Origin: Candidatus Limnocylindrales bacterium
GTDB taxonomy: Bacteria; Moduliflexota; Moduliflexia; Moduliflexales; JAUQPW01
DNA length: 64,000 nucleotides
Direction: 5' to 3'
Assembly: GCA_035559535.1 (NCBI GenBank)
Contig: DATMBG010000017.1
Span: forward strand, 62,001 to 126,000
Each line of letters starts with the position of its first letter. Positions within the stretch are counted from its first letter, which is position 1. The notes beneath the pieces are model-generated. The model was given only the letters and a program-made list of their open reading frames with translations, was not told the origin of the DNA and made no database searches. Position numbers and translations under genes: made by a program. Shown in pieces: positions 1 through 9,486 of this stretch.

Positions 1-504
<504 letters not shown>

Positions 505-649
505 GGGATGGAGGATGCTTCTGCAGAGACAGGCGTTCCAACCACTTTCCAACAAAGGGAGAAATATAAAGAGCTTTATCGTCCTGGGATGTTACGGTTT
601 ATTTTCTTAGAAGAACATCCGTTATTTACTCAGGTGGATAGAATTTATC

Positions 650-1213
650 ATGAAACGTTGTCCATGGGCTAAAACAGAATGGTATATAGCTTATCATGAT
701 AAAGAGTGGGGTGTACCGGTGCATGATGACAGGATCTTATTTGAGTTTCTAATTTTAGAAGGTATGCAGGCTGGATTGAGTTGGGAAACTATCTTAAAAA
801 AACGTGATACCTATGGTATGGCTTTTGACCGTTTCGATCCACGTATCATAGCCGGGTACGATATCCATAAAGTCAACGAACTTCTTGCCAATCCGGGTAT
901 TGTTCGTAATCGGCTCAAGATCATGGCTGCCATTCAAAATGCTAAAGCATTCCTTGCCGTGCAGAGGGAGTTTAACAGCTTTGACGCCTATATTTGGCGA
1001 TTTGTAAACGGAAAGCCCAAACAGAATAGCTGGAAAACGCTCCAGGAGATTCCGGCCCGAACACCCGAATCTGAGGCATTAAGCAAAGATTTAATACGTC
1101 GTGGCTTCAAATTTGTCGGTTCAACCATCTGCTACGCTTTTATGCAAGCTGTGGGAATGGTCAATGATCACCTGGTAGATTGCTTTCGGTATACGGAAAT
1201 AGCGAGACTTTAA
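650..1213 (+). CDS. tag: DNA-3-methyladenine glycosylase I
   Basis: RCPW, YHDKEWG, LEGMQAGLSW, GFKFVG and VNDH..C motifs. Confidence 0.95.
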   Translation: MKRCPWAKTEWYIAYHDKEWGVPVHDDRILFEFLILEGMQAGLSWETILKKRDTYGMAFDRFDPRIIAGYDIHKVNELLANPGIVRNRLKIMAAIQNAKAFLAVQREFNSFDAYIWRFVNGKPKQNSWKTLQEIPARTPESEALSKDLIRRGFKFVGSTICYAFMQAVGMVNDHLVDCFRYTEIARL

Positions 1214-1315
1214 ATCCGGACAAATCTCAAATCGAGAAGACAGATACAGATTAACCTATATGATTTTTAAAATTCCTTTTAATTCCCTTTTAGTTATGGG
1301 ATCAGGAGGAGGCCT

Positions 1316-2143
1316 ATGATACTTGTAGATACCCATGCCCATATCTATTCTGAAGATACGACGCAGTATCCTCAAATTCCAGAACCCTATTTACCACCCC
1401 CCGGTCGAGGAACCCTTGAAGATTTAAGGAACGAGATGCGTACGAGTGGGGTGGATCGGGTGGTGGTTGTGCAAACCTTCACCGCTTATGGCCATGACAA
1501 TCGTTTGATTCTTGACACTGTACGGGATAACCGGTCCTGGATGACAGGGGTTGTGAACGTTGATCCCTTCGATGTTCACTCCCTGGATATTTTGGAACAG
1601 GCCCTTTCTGTGGGAGTACGGGGTAATAGGGTATCCCAGGGATGGCCCACAGACGGTTCGGTACTTGCCGGGCATCGCCGATTATGGGAAGCGGCCAGGC
1701 GATTGAAGATGGTGGTGTGTGCTTTACTTAATCCACCGAATCTTCGATCTCTGGCCAGTCTACTCAATGAATTCCCGGATGTACCGGTTGTGCTGGATCA
1801 TTGTGCAAACCTGAAAGCTTCTGACCACCCGCAGTCGGAATATCTACAAAAGGTTCTGGATTTAGCCCGATTCGAAAATTTGTATGCGAAGTTATCATTT
1901 GTCGTTATGGGATCGGAACAAGAGTTTCCTTGCCGGGATATGTTCGAGATGACACGACAGATCATCGATGCCTATACGCCGGAGCGGTGTATGTGGGGGA
2001 GTGATTTTCCAACTTCACTCTGGATTCCTAAGGTTACTTATCAACAGCACCTTGAAATCTTTCAAATTCATTTGGGATTATCTGAATCAGAAAAAGCTGC
2101 CATTTTGGGAGAGACGGCTTTGAAATTATGGTTTAAGGATTGA
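1316..2143 (+). CDS. Amidohydrolase_2 family protein (lactonase-like)
   Basis: DTHAH, VVLDHCA and WGSDFP motifs; AGGAGG RBS. Confidence 0.85.
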   Translation: MILVDTHAHIYSEDTTQYPQIPEPYLPPPGRGTLEDLRNEMRTSGVDRVVVVQTFTAYGHDNRLILDTVRDNRSWMTGVVNVDPFDVHSLDILEQALSVGVRGNRVSQGWPTDGSVLAGHRRLWEAARRLKMVVCALLNPPNLRSLASLLNEFPDVPVVLDHCANLKASDHPQSEYLQKVLDLARFENLYAKLSFVVMGSEQEFPCRDMFEMTRQIIDAYTPERCMWGSDFPTSLWIPKVTYQQHLEIFQIHLGLSESEKAAILGETALKLWFKD

Positions 2144-2451
2144 TTTTTGCCTTGAAAATCTTCTCTCGGTCTTTGTAAATCAAACTTTGCTTTATCTGGC
2201 ATAGAAAAAAGCTTAAGCTATCGCCCCTGCCGGATAGAAATTATCTATTGGCCCCTGTTGAGATCCTTCTATTAATTTAGATTAAACAGGAACCCTCAGA
2301 GAAATCATTATTAAATCCTTTAAGATTTTCCGTTTGTCCTTTCCACGGATCATTTTGCCTTTGAGGGAAAGGATCTCTCCTAAAGGGTTGATAACCTGGG
2401 GAGAATGGGAAAAGGCACAGGGTATCCTTTCCCTTACAAGCCTTGGATTTT

Positions 2452-3609
2452 ATGTATGCCTTAAATGAGCATCAAACGCGAATTGTAGAAAAAGCTAAAA
2501 AGCTTGGGCAAGAGGTGTTAGACAAATATGCCCGGGAAGTAGATGAAAAAGGGCGTTTTCCCAAAGAAAGTATTAAAGCCTTACAGGAAGCAGGTTTCAT
2601 GGGACTTATTGTACCGACTTCTTATGGGGGGTGGGGAGAAGGTCCAAAAACCTTTGCGGCGGTGGTAGATATTCTGGCTCAATATTGTGGTTCCACCGCC
2701 ATGGTTTATCTTATGCACATTTGTGGTACGGCGGCCATTCAAGCTTATCCACCTGTCCAGGGAGATCAAATTTTAAGGGACATTGTGGCCGGTCGCCATT
2801 TGACGACCCTGGCCTTTAGCGAAAAAGGGTCTCGGAGTCATTTCTGGGTCCCGGTCAGTCAGGCCCGTCAGAATGGGTCGACTCATATTGTTAGTTGTGA
2901 GAAGTCCTGGGTAACCAGTGCTTCCCAAGCCGATAGTTATATCCTATCTACCAAAGCTCCCGACGCTAAAGGGCCCATGGAATGGAATATGTACTTTGTA
3001 CCTACGACCACTCCCGGCATTAAGGTAGAAGGTCCCTGGGATGGGTTGGGATTGAGGGGTAATGATAGCGCACCGGTGACCCTTCAAAACACTTCTATTC
3101 CGGTCGATCAAAGGGTTTGTGAACCGGGTACGGGTTTTAATGCTGCTTTTCAACATGTACTTCCCTGGTTCCAGATTGGAAATGCAGCCATTTCGGTAGG
3201 CCTTGCAGAAGCAGCCCTTCAATCCAGTATCCAGCACGCAATACAAACTCGATTTCAACACCTGGAAACCAACCTGGCCAGCCTTCCCAACATACGAGCC
3301 AATCTGGCTAAAATGCGAATGGAAGTGGATGCCTGTCGGGCTCTTGTAGATAAGGTGGCGGAGAAAATGGAAAAACCGGATGCAACAACCCTTCTGGGAG
3401 TTTTGGAATGTAAGGCGGCCTGTAATGAAATGGCCTTACGGGTCACCGAATTGGCCATGCGGACCTGTGGGGGTGCGGCCTTCAGCAAGCATCTCACAGT
3501 AGAGAGAAATTTTCGGGATAGTCGGGCCGGAGCCGTCATGGCGCCTACCTCCGATATTCTTTATGATTTTATAGGAAAAGCCCTGGTTGGTATGGATCTA
3601 TTTGCATAG
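2452..3609 (+). CDS. Acyl-CoA dehydrogenase superfamily flavoprotein, non-canonical
   Basis: VDEKGRFP, LAFSE, KSWVTS, WDGLGLRGNDS, CGGAAF and ERNFRDSR motifs; ATG 2452 preferred to TTG 2443. Confidence 0.88.
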   Translation: MYALNEHQTRIVEKAKKLGQEVLDKYAREVDEKGRFPKESIKALQEAGFMGLIVPTSYGGWGEGPKTFAAVVDILAQYCGSTAMVYLMHICGTAAIQAYPPVQGDQILRDIVAGRHLTTLAFSEKGSRSHFWVPVSQARQNGSTHIVSCEKSWVTSASQADSYILSTKAPDAKGPMEWNMYFVPTTTPGIKVEGPWDGLGLRGNDSAPVTLQNTSIPVDQRVCEPGTGFNAAFQHVLPWFQIGNAAISVGLAEAALQSSIQHAIQTRFQHLETNLASLPNIRANLAKMRMEVDACRALVDKVAEKMEKPDATTLLGVLECKAACNEMALRVTELAMRTCGGAAFSKHLTVERNFRDSRAGAVMAPTSDILYDFIGKALVGMDLFA

Positions 3610-3647
3610 GCTGAGGTTGGAGATTTAGAGATCGAAGAAGTCTCTCA

Positions 3648-4499
3648 ATGCTCAAGCCTCCAGCTTCTCTTCCCTTTATGAGTCGTCAGAAATCTATTAT
3701 AGTAGGCGCAGTGGCCTACGACCCCAAAGTTGTAACCATCTGGGAGATTATAAAAAAATACTTCGGAGACTCCGGAGTTCCCCTAGACTATGTTTTGTAC
3801 AGTAACTATGAGAGTCTGGTGGAAGCCCTCGTCCAGCGACATATCCATATTGCCTGGAATTCTCCCTTAGCCTGGGTTCGAACCCAAATGTTAACCAAAG
3901 GTGCCTGTAAAGCCCTGGCCATGAGGGATACGGATCAAAACTTAACCTCCAAAATTTATACACGGATAGATACAGGTATTCAGACCCTGGCAGATCTAAA
4001 AGGTAAAACCCTGGCCCTTGGAGCCATAGATTCCCCTCAGGCTTCTATCCTTCCCCTCCATTATCTCAGCAAGCAGGGCATAGATATTCAAAAGGATATT
4101 AAGATCCTCCGCTTTAACTGGATGGTCGGTAAACATGGAGACCATATCGGAGGTGAAGAGGAAGCTCTGAAGGCCGTACAACGGGGAGAAGCCGATGCAG
4201 GGGCCATGCTCGATCTTAACTGGATTCGATTTGCCAATGAGGGAAAGTTGGATACCACCCGGCTTAAGATCCTTGCCTCTACAGAGCCCTTTGATCATTG
4301 CAATTTCACCGCTTTAGAAGACTTTGATCCAGAACTCGAAAAACAATGGACAGAGACCCTTTTCAAAATGGATTATAACAACCCGGAACATCGATACATG
4401 ATGGATCTGGAAGGTCTTAAAGAATGGAGACCTGCCCGAACTCACCTTTACAAAAATCTGACCGAAGCAGTTCGGGAACAGAAACTTTATGAAGATTAA
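3648..4499 (+). CDS. PhnD/phosphonate-type substrate-binding-fold protein with no signal peptide
   Basis: YESLVEAL..IHIAW, GIQTLADLKGKTLALGAIDS and ALKAVQRGEADAGA motifs; start may be ATG 3678. Confidence 0.8.
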   Translation: MLKPPASLPFMSRQKSIIVGAVAYDPKVVTIWEIIKKYFGDSGVPLDYVLYSNYESLVEALVQRHIHIAWNSPLAWVRTQMLTKGACKALAMRDTDQNLTSKIYTRIDTGIQTLADLKGKTLALGAIDSPQASILPLHYLSKQGIDIQKDIKILRFNWMVGKHGDHIGGEEEALKAVQRGEADAGAMLDLNWIRFANEGKLDTTRLKILASTEPFDHCNFTALEDFDPELEKQWTETLFKMDYNNPEHRYMMDLEGLKEWRPARTHLYKNLTEAVREQKLYED

Positions 4500-4524
4500 C
4501 GCTTAATCCATAAAAAAAGGAGGA

Positions 4525-5667
4525 ATGAAAAGAATGAAACAATTAACTGGACTGTTTATTTATTATTTATCTGTAATTATGGTACCCCTCGTTTCCTTCC
4601 TGGTAATAACCGGTTCAAAAGCAGAGGCGAGTAACTCCACATCTGATTTAAAGCCTAAGCAGGCCTCCTTTGCCATCAAAAATGAATTTGTAATTCAGGT
4701 TCCCCCAGAAGCAAAGGTTGTGCGGGCCTGGTTTACCGTTCCTCAGGAGGATGCCTACTCAGAAATCAAAGATTTCCTTGTAGAATCGGATTATCCCGTT
4801 CAATATCATAAGGATTCCCAGGGTAACAAAGTAGGTTATTTAGAGGTTCAAGCCCCTCAGCAGAAGGAAATTGTTATTCGGGAGCGGTTTAGCTTAACCC
4901 GTACCGAAATTAGGAACAATCTTCAACCCACCGCTACCCGTCCGCTCAACGAGAAAGAGCATGTAGAACTGGCCGAATACCTTAAACCCGCTACCCATAT
5001 TATTATTAATGATCAAATAAAAGCACTTGCCAGGCAAATCGCAGGAGATGAAGAAAATCCTGTTATCATAGCCCGCAAGCTCTATGACTGGACCATCGAG
5101 AATATCGACTATTGGGTCAAAGACCCTGATAACCTTAAGGCTTCTGCCTTTGGTGATACCGAGTATTGTCTGACGACCAAAACCGGAAATTGCACGGATT
5201 TTCACTCGCTATATGCCTCCCTGGGACGATCCCTGGGTATTCCCGTCCAGTTGGTTTACGGTTCTTTACTTAAGCCCACCCTTAACGGGGTTGAAGTCGA
5301 TGGAAGCTATCACTGTTGGGTTGAATTTTACGCACCTAATTTGGGTTGGATTCCCCTCGATGCTGCTATTGCCGATATTTATGCCGGGGATATCAAACTC
5401 ACAGAAAAAAATGCGAAATTGGTGGAATTGACTACGGCTATCGGCTACCATGGCCCAGACCCCAACATAGTGAATTATTATTTTGGAAACCTGGACGAAC
5501 GGCGTGTGGTATGGTCCAAGGGTCGTGATCTTATTATGTCTCCGCCACAGGACGGTGGTCCGGTCAATGCCCTCTCTAAAATTTATGTGGAAGTGGATGG
5601 TAAAGAATACAAAGATTGGACTCGCCTTTTTACTTATCAGGAATTAAATAAAAATAGTCAAAATTAA
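4525..5667 (+). CDS. Secreted transglutaminase-like domain protein
   Basis: Hydrophobic N-terminus ending AEA; Cys-His-Asp triad in GNCTDFH, YHCWVEF and GWIPLD. Confidence 0.85.
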   Translation: MKRMKQLTGLFIYYLSVIMVPLVSFLVITGSKAEASNSTSDLKPKQASFAIKNEFVIQVPPEAKVVRAWFTVPQEDAYSEIKDFLVESDYPVQYHKDSQGNKVGYLEVQAPQQKEIVIRERFSLTRTEIRNNLQPTATRPLNEKEHVELAEYLKPATHIIINDQIKALARQIAGDEENPVIIARKLYDWTIENIDYWVKDPDNLKASAFGDTEYCLTTKTGNCTDFHSLYASLGRSLGIPVQLVYGSLLKPTLNGVEVDGSYHCWVEFYAPNLGWIPLDAAIADIYAGDIKLTEKNAKLVELTTAIGYHGPDPNIVNYYFGNLDERRVVWSKGRDLIMSPPQDGGPVNALSKIYVEVDGKEYKDWTRLFTYQELNKNSQN

Positions 5668-5802
5668 GGAGTCTTCCATCTTGACCTTTAACCCATCCAG
5701 ACTTAAGATTCTTTATCCTGGAAGCAGGTTTGGAACCTGCCCCCGGTTTATAAAACGCAAAGGAATATCATATCCTTTCCCCCCCCCCTCCCTCTCCCCT
5801 CA

Positions 5803-5871
5803 CCCCCAGTTCCCCCTCTCCGTAGGGGCGGGAGGCCTCCCGCCCCTACACAGGAGAGGGGGAACTGGGGG
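5803..5871. repeat. Nested palindrome: 19-bp perfect inverted repeat enclosing a GTAG-type REP-like hairpin
   Basis: cccccagttccccctctcc (5803-5821) / ggagagggggaactggggg (5853-5871) around gtaggggcgggaggcctcccgcccctac (5822-5849). Confidence 0.85.
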
Positions 5872-5916
5872 GGCCGGGGGGATGGAGGTGAGGGGGTATC
5901 AGCAAAGGAGGTAACA

Positions 5917-6417
5917 ATGGCTTCAGTTACTTTTAAAGGCAATCCGGTTACACTGGTTGGCAATGAAGTAAAAGTCGGTCAAACGGCTCCGGATTTTAAA
6001 GTCCAGAAAGCAGATCTGAGTGATTATACATTGAATAGCTCTTCCGGTAAAACCCGGATCATCGCATCGGTTCCCTCATTGGACACACCGGTCTGTGATA
6101 TGGAAACTAAGCGGTTCAATGAAGAAGCGGCCAAAATACCTAATGTAGAAATCGTATGTGTGAGTATGGATTTGCCCTTCGCTCAAAAACGCTGGTGTGG
6201 TGCAACGAATGTCGATAAAGTTATTACCGTCAGTGATCATCGGGAAGCCTCCTTTGGTAAGAATTATGGGGTCTTAATCAGTGGAGGGCCACTGGATCGT
6301 TTGCTGGCACGGGCTGTTTTTGTAATCGGCCCCGATAACAAGGTTAAGTATGTGGAGTACGTAAAGGATATCACCGAACAGCCTAATTATGAAGCAGTTC
6401 TGGCAGCAGCCAGGTAA
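5917..6417 (+). CDS. tpx: Thiol peroxidase (atypical 2-Cys peroxiredoxin)
   Basis: VTFKGNPV, SVPSLDTPVC and SMDLPFAQKRWC motifs; AGGAGG RBS. Confidence 0.95.
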   Translation: MASVTFKGNPVTLVGNEVKVGQTAPDFKVQKADLSDYTLNSSSGKTRIIASVPSLDTPVCDMETKRFNEEAAKIPNVEIVCVSMDLPFAQKRWCGATNVDKVITVSDHREASFGKNYGVLISGGPLDRLLARAVFVIGPDNKVKYVEYVKDITEQPNYEAVLAAAR

Positions 6418-6721
6418 TCTCCCTGCTAAATTCAGTTCACACCCACATCTTCCCTTAATACCGTATAGGTATATACAGAAAATACCTGTTCTCTAGAAGC
6501 AAAGTGCAAGAAGCTTCTAGAGAACATATCGATGGTAACTAAAATTCTTGATTCCTCTGGAAGGATGGTTCTTGAATCCTTTAATCCGACCCCTGCCAGG
6601 ATTATCGGTTGGGATAAAACGGTCCATCTTTCTGGAATTGTTAGATTTGTATAGAATTCCCTATTGTTTTCTTGGAGGTTTGCATTTATTTTGAACTATT
6701 CCCCTTTAAGGAAGGTCAGGC

Positions 6722-8002
6722 ATGATGAATTCAAAGGTAAAAGAATCCAGGATTCCGGATATAATTTGTGAAGCCGGAGGTTTGGATATGGAAAGTGGGC
6801 TTTCGGTTTTGCTGAGGCGGTATTTAGATGCCATGAATCCCGGAGAGATTTTGGTTATACGGTCCCAGAATCCGATGGTGGAGCACGAAATAGGTCCCTG
6901 GTGTCGCTGGACGGGGCACAGTCTGTGTGAAAGCCAGAAAATTGGATCGTATAACGAGTATTGGATTCAAAGAGGAACGGCCACCACCTTAAACGTAACC
7001 GAAAAGCCTGACTGGGATCTTCATCCGAGGCGACAGAAAAATGGAAGTATCTCCATGGAAGACTGGGGAGTGGGTCGATTGGCCTTTGTACCCGAAGAAG
7101 CCCCCCAAACCGTTGGATTTGCTCCACGAGGAGCCGTTCGAGAGGAAGGTTTTCCAGGATATGGGTTTCGGATCAACAGAAAGGAAGAGGTCTGGAGTGA
7201 AGAGATTGCTGCGTTATACGAGCATGCAGCTCAAAATCAATGGAGTGCCGTAAAGGATATTCCCTGGGGAGATCTCAAACCGCTTCCAGAACTTTTAGAG
7301 CGGGCTGTCTGTCAGTTGATGACCTTTCTGGTCGAAAATGAGTATTCGGCCCTCTACGTTCCCGGCAAGTTTATATCCCGGATTAATCCCCAATTCACCG
7401 AGGTGGTATTATTCTTAGGCACCCAACTGGCTGATGAAGCCCGTCATATTGAGGTTTTTACTAAACGTGCTCTGGCTAATGGAGGGGGATTACAATATTC
7501 GGCGACTTCTACTCAAATGTCTCTCAAAACCCTCTATGATCAGGAGGATTTCACCACGGCTTCTTTTCTTTTAAGCGTATTAGGAGAAGGTACCTTTTTA
7601 GATCTTCTCTGGTTTATTGAGACCTATGCACCTGACCCGGTGACAGCCGAGATCCTGAGACGAGCCCGCCAGGATGAAAGCCGTCATGTCCGTTTTGGAA
7701 TCACCCACCTGAAATTTTATCTCCAGCGAGATGCCACCCATTCTCAAAAGCTCTTACAAGCAGTGCAGGATCGGGCCGATTATATGAGATCCGTATCCGG
7801 TGTTAATCCCCTCGTACAGGATGCGTTGGTATTCCTGGCCGGAGGTGGAGAGAGTCCTGAGCAAATTCGAGCAGGTATGAAATATGTCCACCGGCTTTAT
7901 CAACGTATGCACAAAAACCGAATCCACAGACTTCAATCTATCGGATTACCCCTTGATCAGGCTGAGAAGATATCTTTGCTTCATACTCCCAACTTTATGT
8001 AA
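6722..8002 (+). CDS. TusA-like domain fused to a ferritin-like diiron protein
   Basis: N-terminal LDAMNPGEILVIRSQNP..IGPWCRWTGH (TusA/SirA-like); C-terminal ENEYSA, DEARH, EGTF and DESRH carboxylate/His motifs. Confidence 0.75.
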   Translation: MMNSKVKESRIPDIICEAGGLDMESGLSVLLRRYLDAMNPGEILVIRSQNPMVEHEIGPWCRWTGHSLCESQKIGSYNEYWIQRGTATTLNVTEKPDWDLHPRRQKNGSISMEDWGVGRLAFVPEEAPQTVGFAPRGAVREEGFPGYGFRINRKEEVWSEEIAALYEHAAQNQWSAVKDIPWGDLKPLPELLERAVCQLMTFLVENEYSALYVPGKFISRINPQFTEVVLFLGTQLADEARHIEVFTKRALANGGGLQYSATSTQMSLKTLYDQEDFTTASFLLSVLGEGTFLDLLWFIETYAPDPVTAEILRRARQDESRHVRFGITHLKFYLQRDATHSQKLLQAVQDRADYMRSVSGVNPLVQDALVFLAGGGESPEQIRAGMKYVHRLYQRMHKNRIHRLQSIGLPLDQAEKISLLHTPNFM

Positions 8003-8016
8003 TGAAAGAATTTGGA

Positions 8017-8130
8017 CCCTCACCCCTAACCCCTCTCCCAAGGCTTTGGGAGAGGGGGGACCAAGAGAAGAAATTTTAACATCTTATTCTCTCCTCTCCC
8101 ACGCCATGGAAGAGGGACTGGGAGTGAGGA
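8017..8130. repeat. CCCTCACCCC...GGGAGTGAGG dispersed palindromic repeat
   Basis: ccctcacccctaacccctctcccaaggctttgggagagggg; a related copy spans 18966-19524. Confidence 0.7.
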
Positions 8131-8142
8131 CAAGCAATTACC

Positions 8143-9036
8143 ATGAAAAAGTCCCTGCCTATCCGGCTGGTGGATCTCGCTTTGTTATTGGTAGTAGCCA
8201 TCTGGTCTAATAGTTTTATCGTGGTCAAGATGGTTCTCCCTCAGTTTGATCCTTTCGCTTTCCTCTTTGCCCGAATCCTTCTTAACACCCTGCTGGGGAT
8301 AATAATTCTATGGATGAAGGAGCGGAATTTTCATACCTACCCAAAAGATCTTCCCTATTTTATAATTTCCGGGCTTTTTGGATTTACCTTTTATCAACTG
8401 GGTTATATTTTAGGATTAAGTCGAACAACCGCCTTTTCCTCGGCCGTACTCAATTGTACCATGCCCCTTTTCTCCCTGTTGATTTTGACCCTCTTTCGGC
8501 TGGAGCGAATCAATTTTTACCAATGGACGGGTACTTTATTAGGTTTTATCGGGGTCATATGGTTTGTCTCCGAGAAAATGGAAGGAGTTCGGTTGACAAC
8601 GGCGGGATGGGGCGATCTCCTGACCATCGGAGCTGCATTTTCTTTCTCCATCTATAGTATTTTGAACAAATCCTTGATTACCCGATATTCTTCAACTAAA
8701 ATTATGACTTATACCTTATTCTTCGGAACCGGATTTTTAGCTCCTATCTGTTTGATTCCTACCCTGAAGCAAAACTGGTTGGGAGTCTCCTTGTATGGAT
8801 GGATAGGTTTGATCTATTCGGCGATATTCCCTTCTTATGTGGCCTATTCCATCTGGAATTGGGCTATTGCCCGTCAGGGAGTCGCCCGAACTTCCCTCTT
8901 TACCTTCCTCGTTCCACCTCTCAGTGGGATACTTTCTGCCTGGTTTTTGGATGAAACCTTTAGTACAGCTAAGCTGGCCGGATTTGGACTGATCCTGGGA
9001 GGTTTAATCTTAACCCGTATTTCTTGGGACAAATAA
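8143..9036 (+). CDS. DMT/EamA family transporter
   Basis: About 10 hydrophobic helices in two EamA-like halves; GDLLTIGAA motif. Confidence 0.9.
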   Translation: MKKSLPIRLVDLALLLVVAIWSNSFIVVKMVLPQFDPFAFLFARILLNTLLGIIILWMKERNFHTYPKDLPYFIISGLFGFTFYQLGYILGLSRTTAFSSAVLNCTMPLFSLLILTLFRLERINFYQWTGTLLGFIGVIWFVSEKMEGVRLTTAGWGDLLTIGAAFSFSIYSILNKSLITRYSSTKIMTYTLFFGTGFLAPICLIPTLKQNWLGVSLYGWIGLIYSAIFPSYVAYSIWNWAIARQGVARTSLFTFLVPPLSGILSAWFLDETFSTAKLAGFGLILGGLILTRISWDK

Positions 9037-9291
9037 AGGGGTGAGAAGTGGTTTAAAAGCTACGCAAAGCTAAGTAAACAAAGTACCGGGAAGCCAAAAT
9101 CAGAGTCCATAAGAAATTAACCCCCTCGGAATAGGATTATTCCGATGGAGAAGATGTTTCAGCTTTGCTTTAACTTTGGACTCCAGACTCCTGAGTCCCT
9201 ACCAAACTCTTCTGATCCTTTAAATTGCCATACAAACAATCTGAAAATAAAGCGATACTGGAGTTTCCTATGAATTTTTCTCCTTACCTGT

Positions 9292-9317
9292 AAATCCAAC
9301 CGATTCTTTTATTCGTA
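9292..9317 (+). promoter_or_regulatory. Candidate SigK-type ECF promoter (ATCC-N16-CGTA)
   Basis: ATCC at 9294-9297 and CGTA at 9314-9317, upstream of the DUF4331 gene; the cluster encodes a SigK-like sigma. Confidence 0.5.
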
Positions 9318-9486
9318 TTTCCTTTAGAACCATACCAGATTCGTTTTGAAAGGAGTCATCAATGGAAGGATATGTTCTCGCATACCCTTACAAGGAGGTC
9401 GAATTTCAATATGAAAGGGATGGTATGAGAAAGCATTATAATTGAACATTGATGGGTTTCCCTAAAGTTAACCAGGAGGATTCTAT

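Noticed and set aside
508-672. 54-codon ORF between add and tag
   Set aside because: It overlaps the tag start out of frame and has no recognisable motif
2340-2440. Possible riboswitch upstream of the ACAD cluster
   Set aside because: Only an agggaaaggat/atcctttccct inverted repeat is visible, with no aptamer consensus I recognise
5681-5963. ORF-track 77-aa and 71-aa Pro/Gly-rich ORFs
   Set aside because: They are translations of the GC-rich palindrome on both strands
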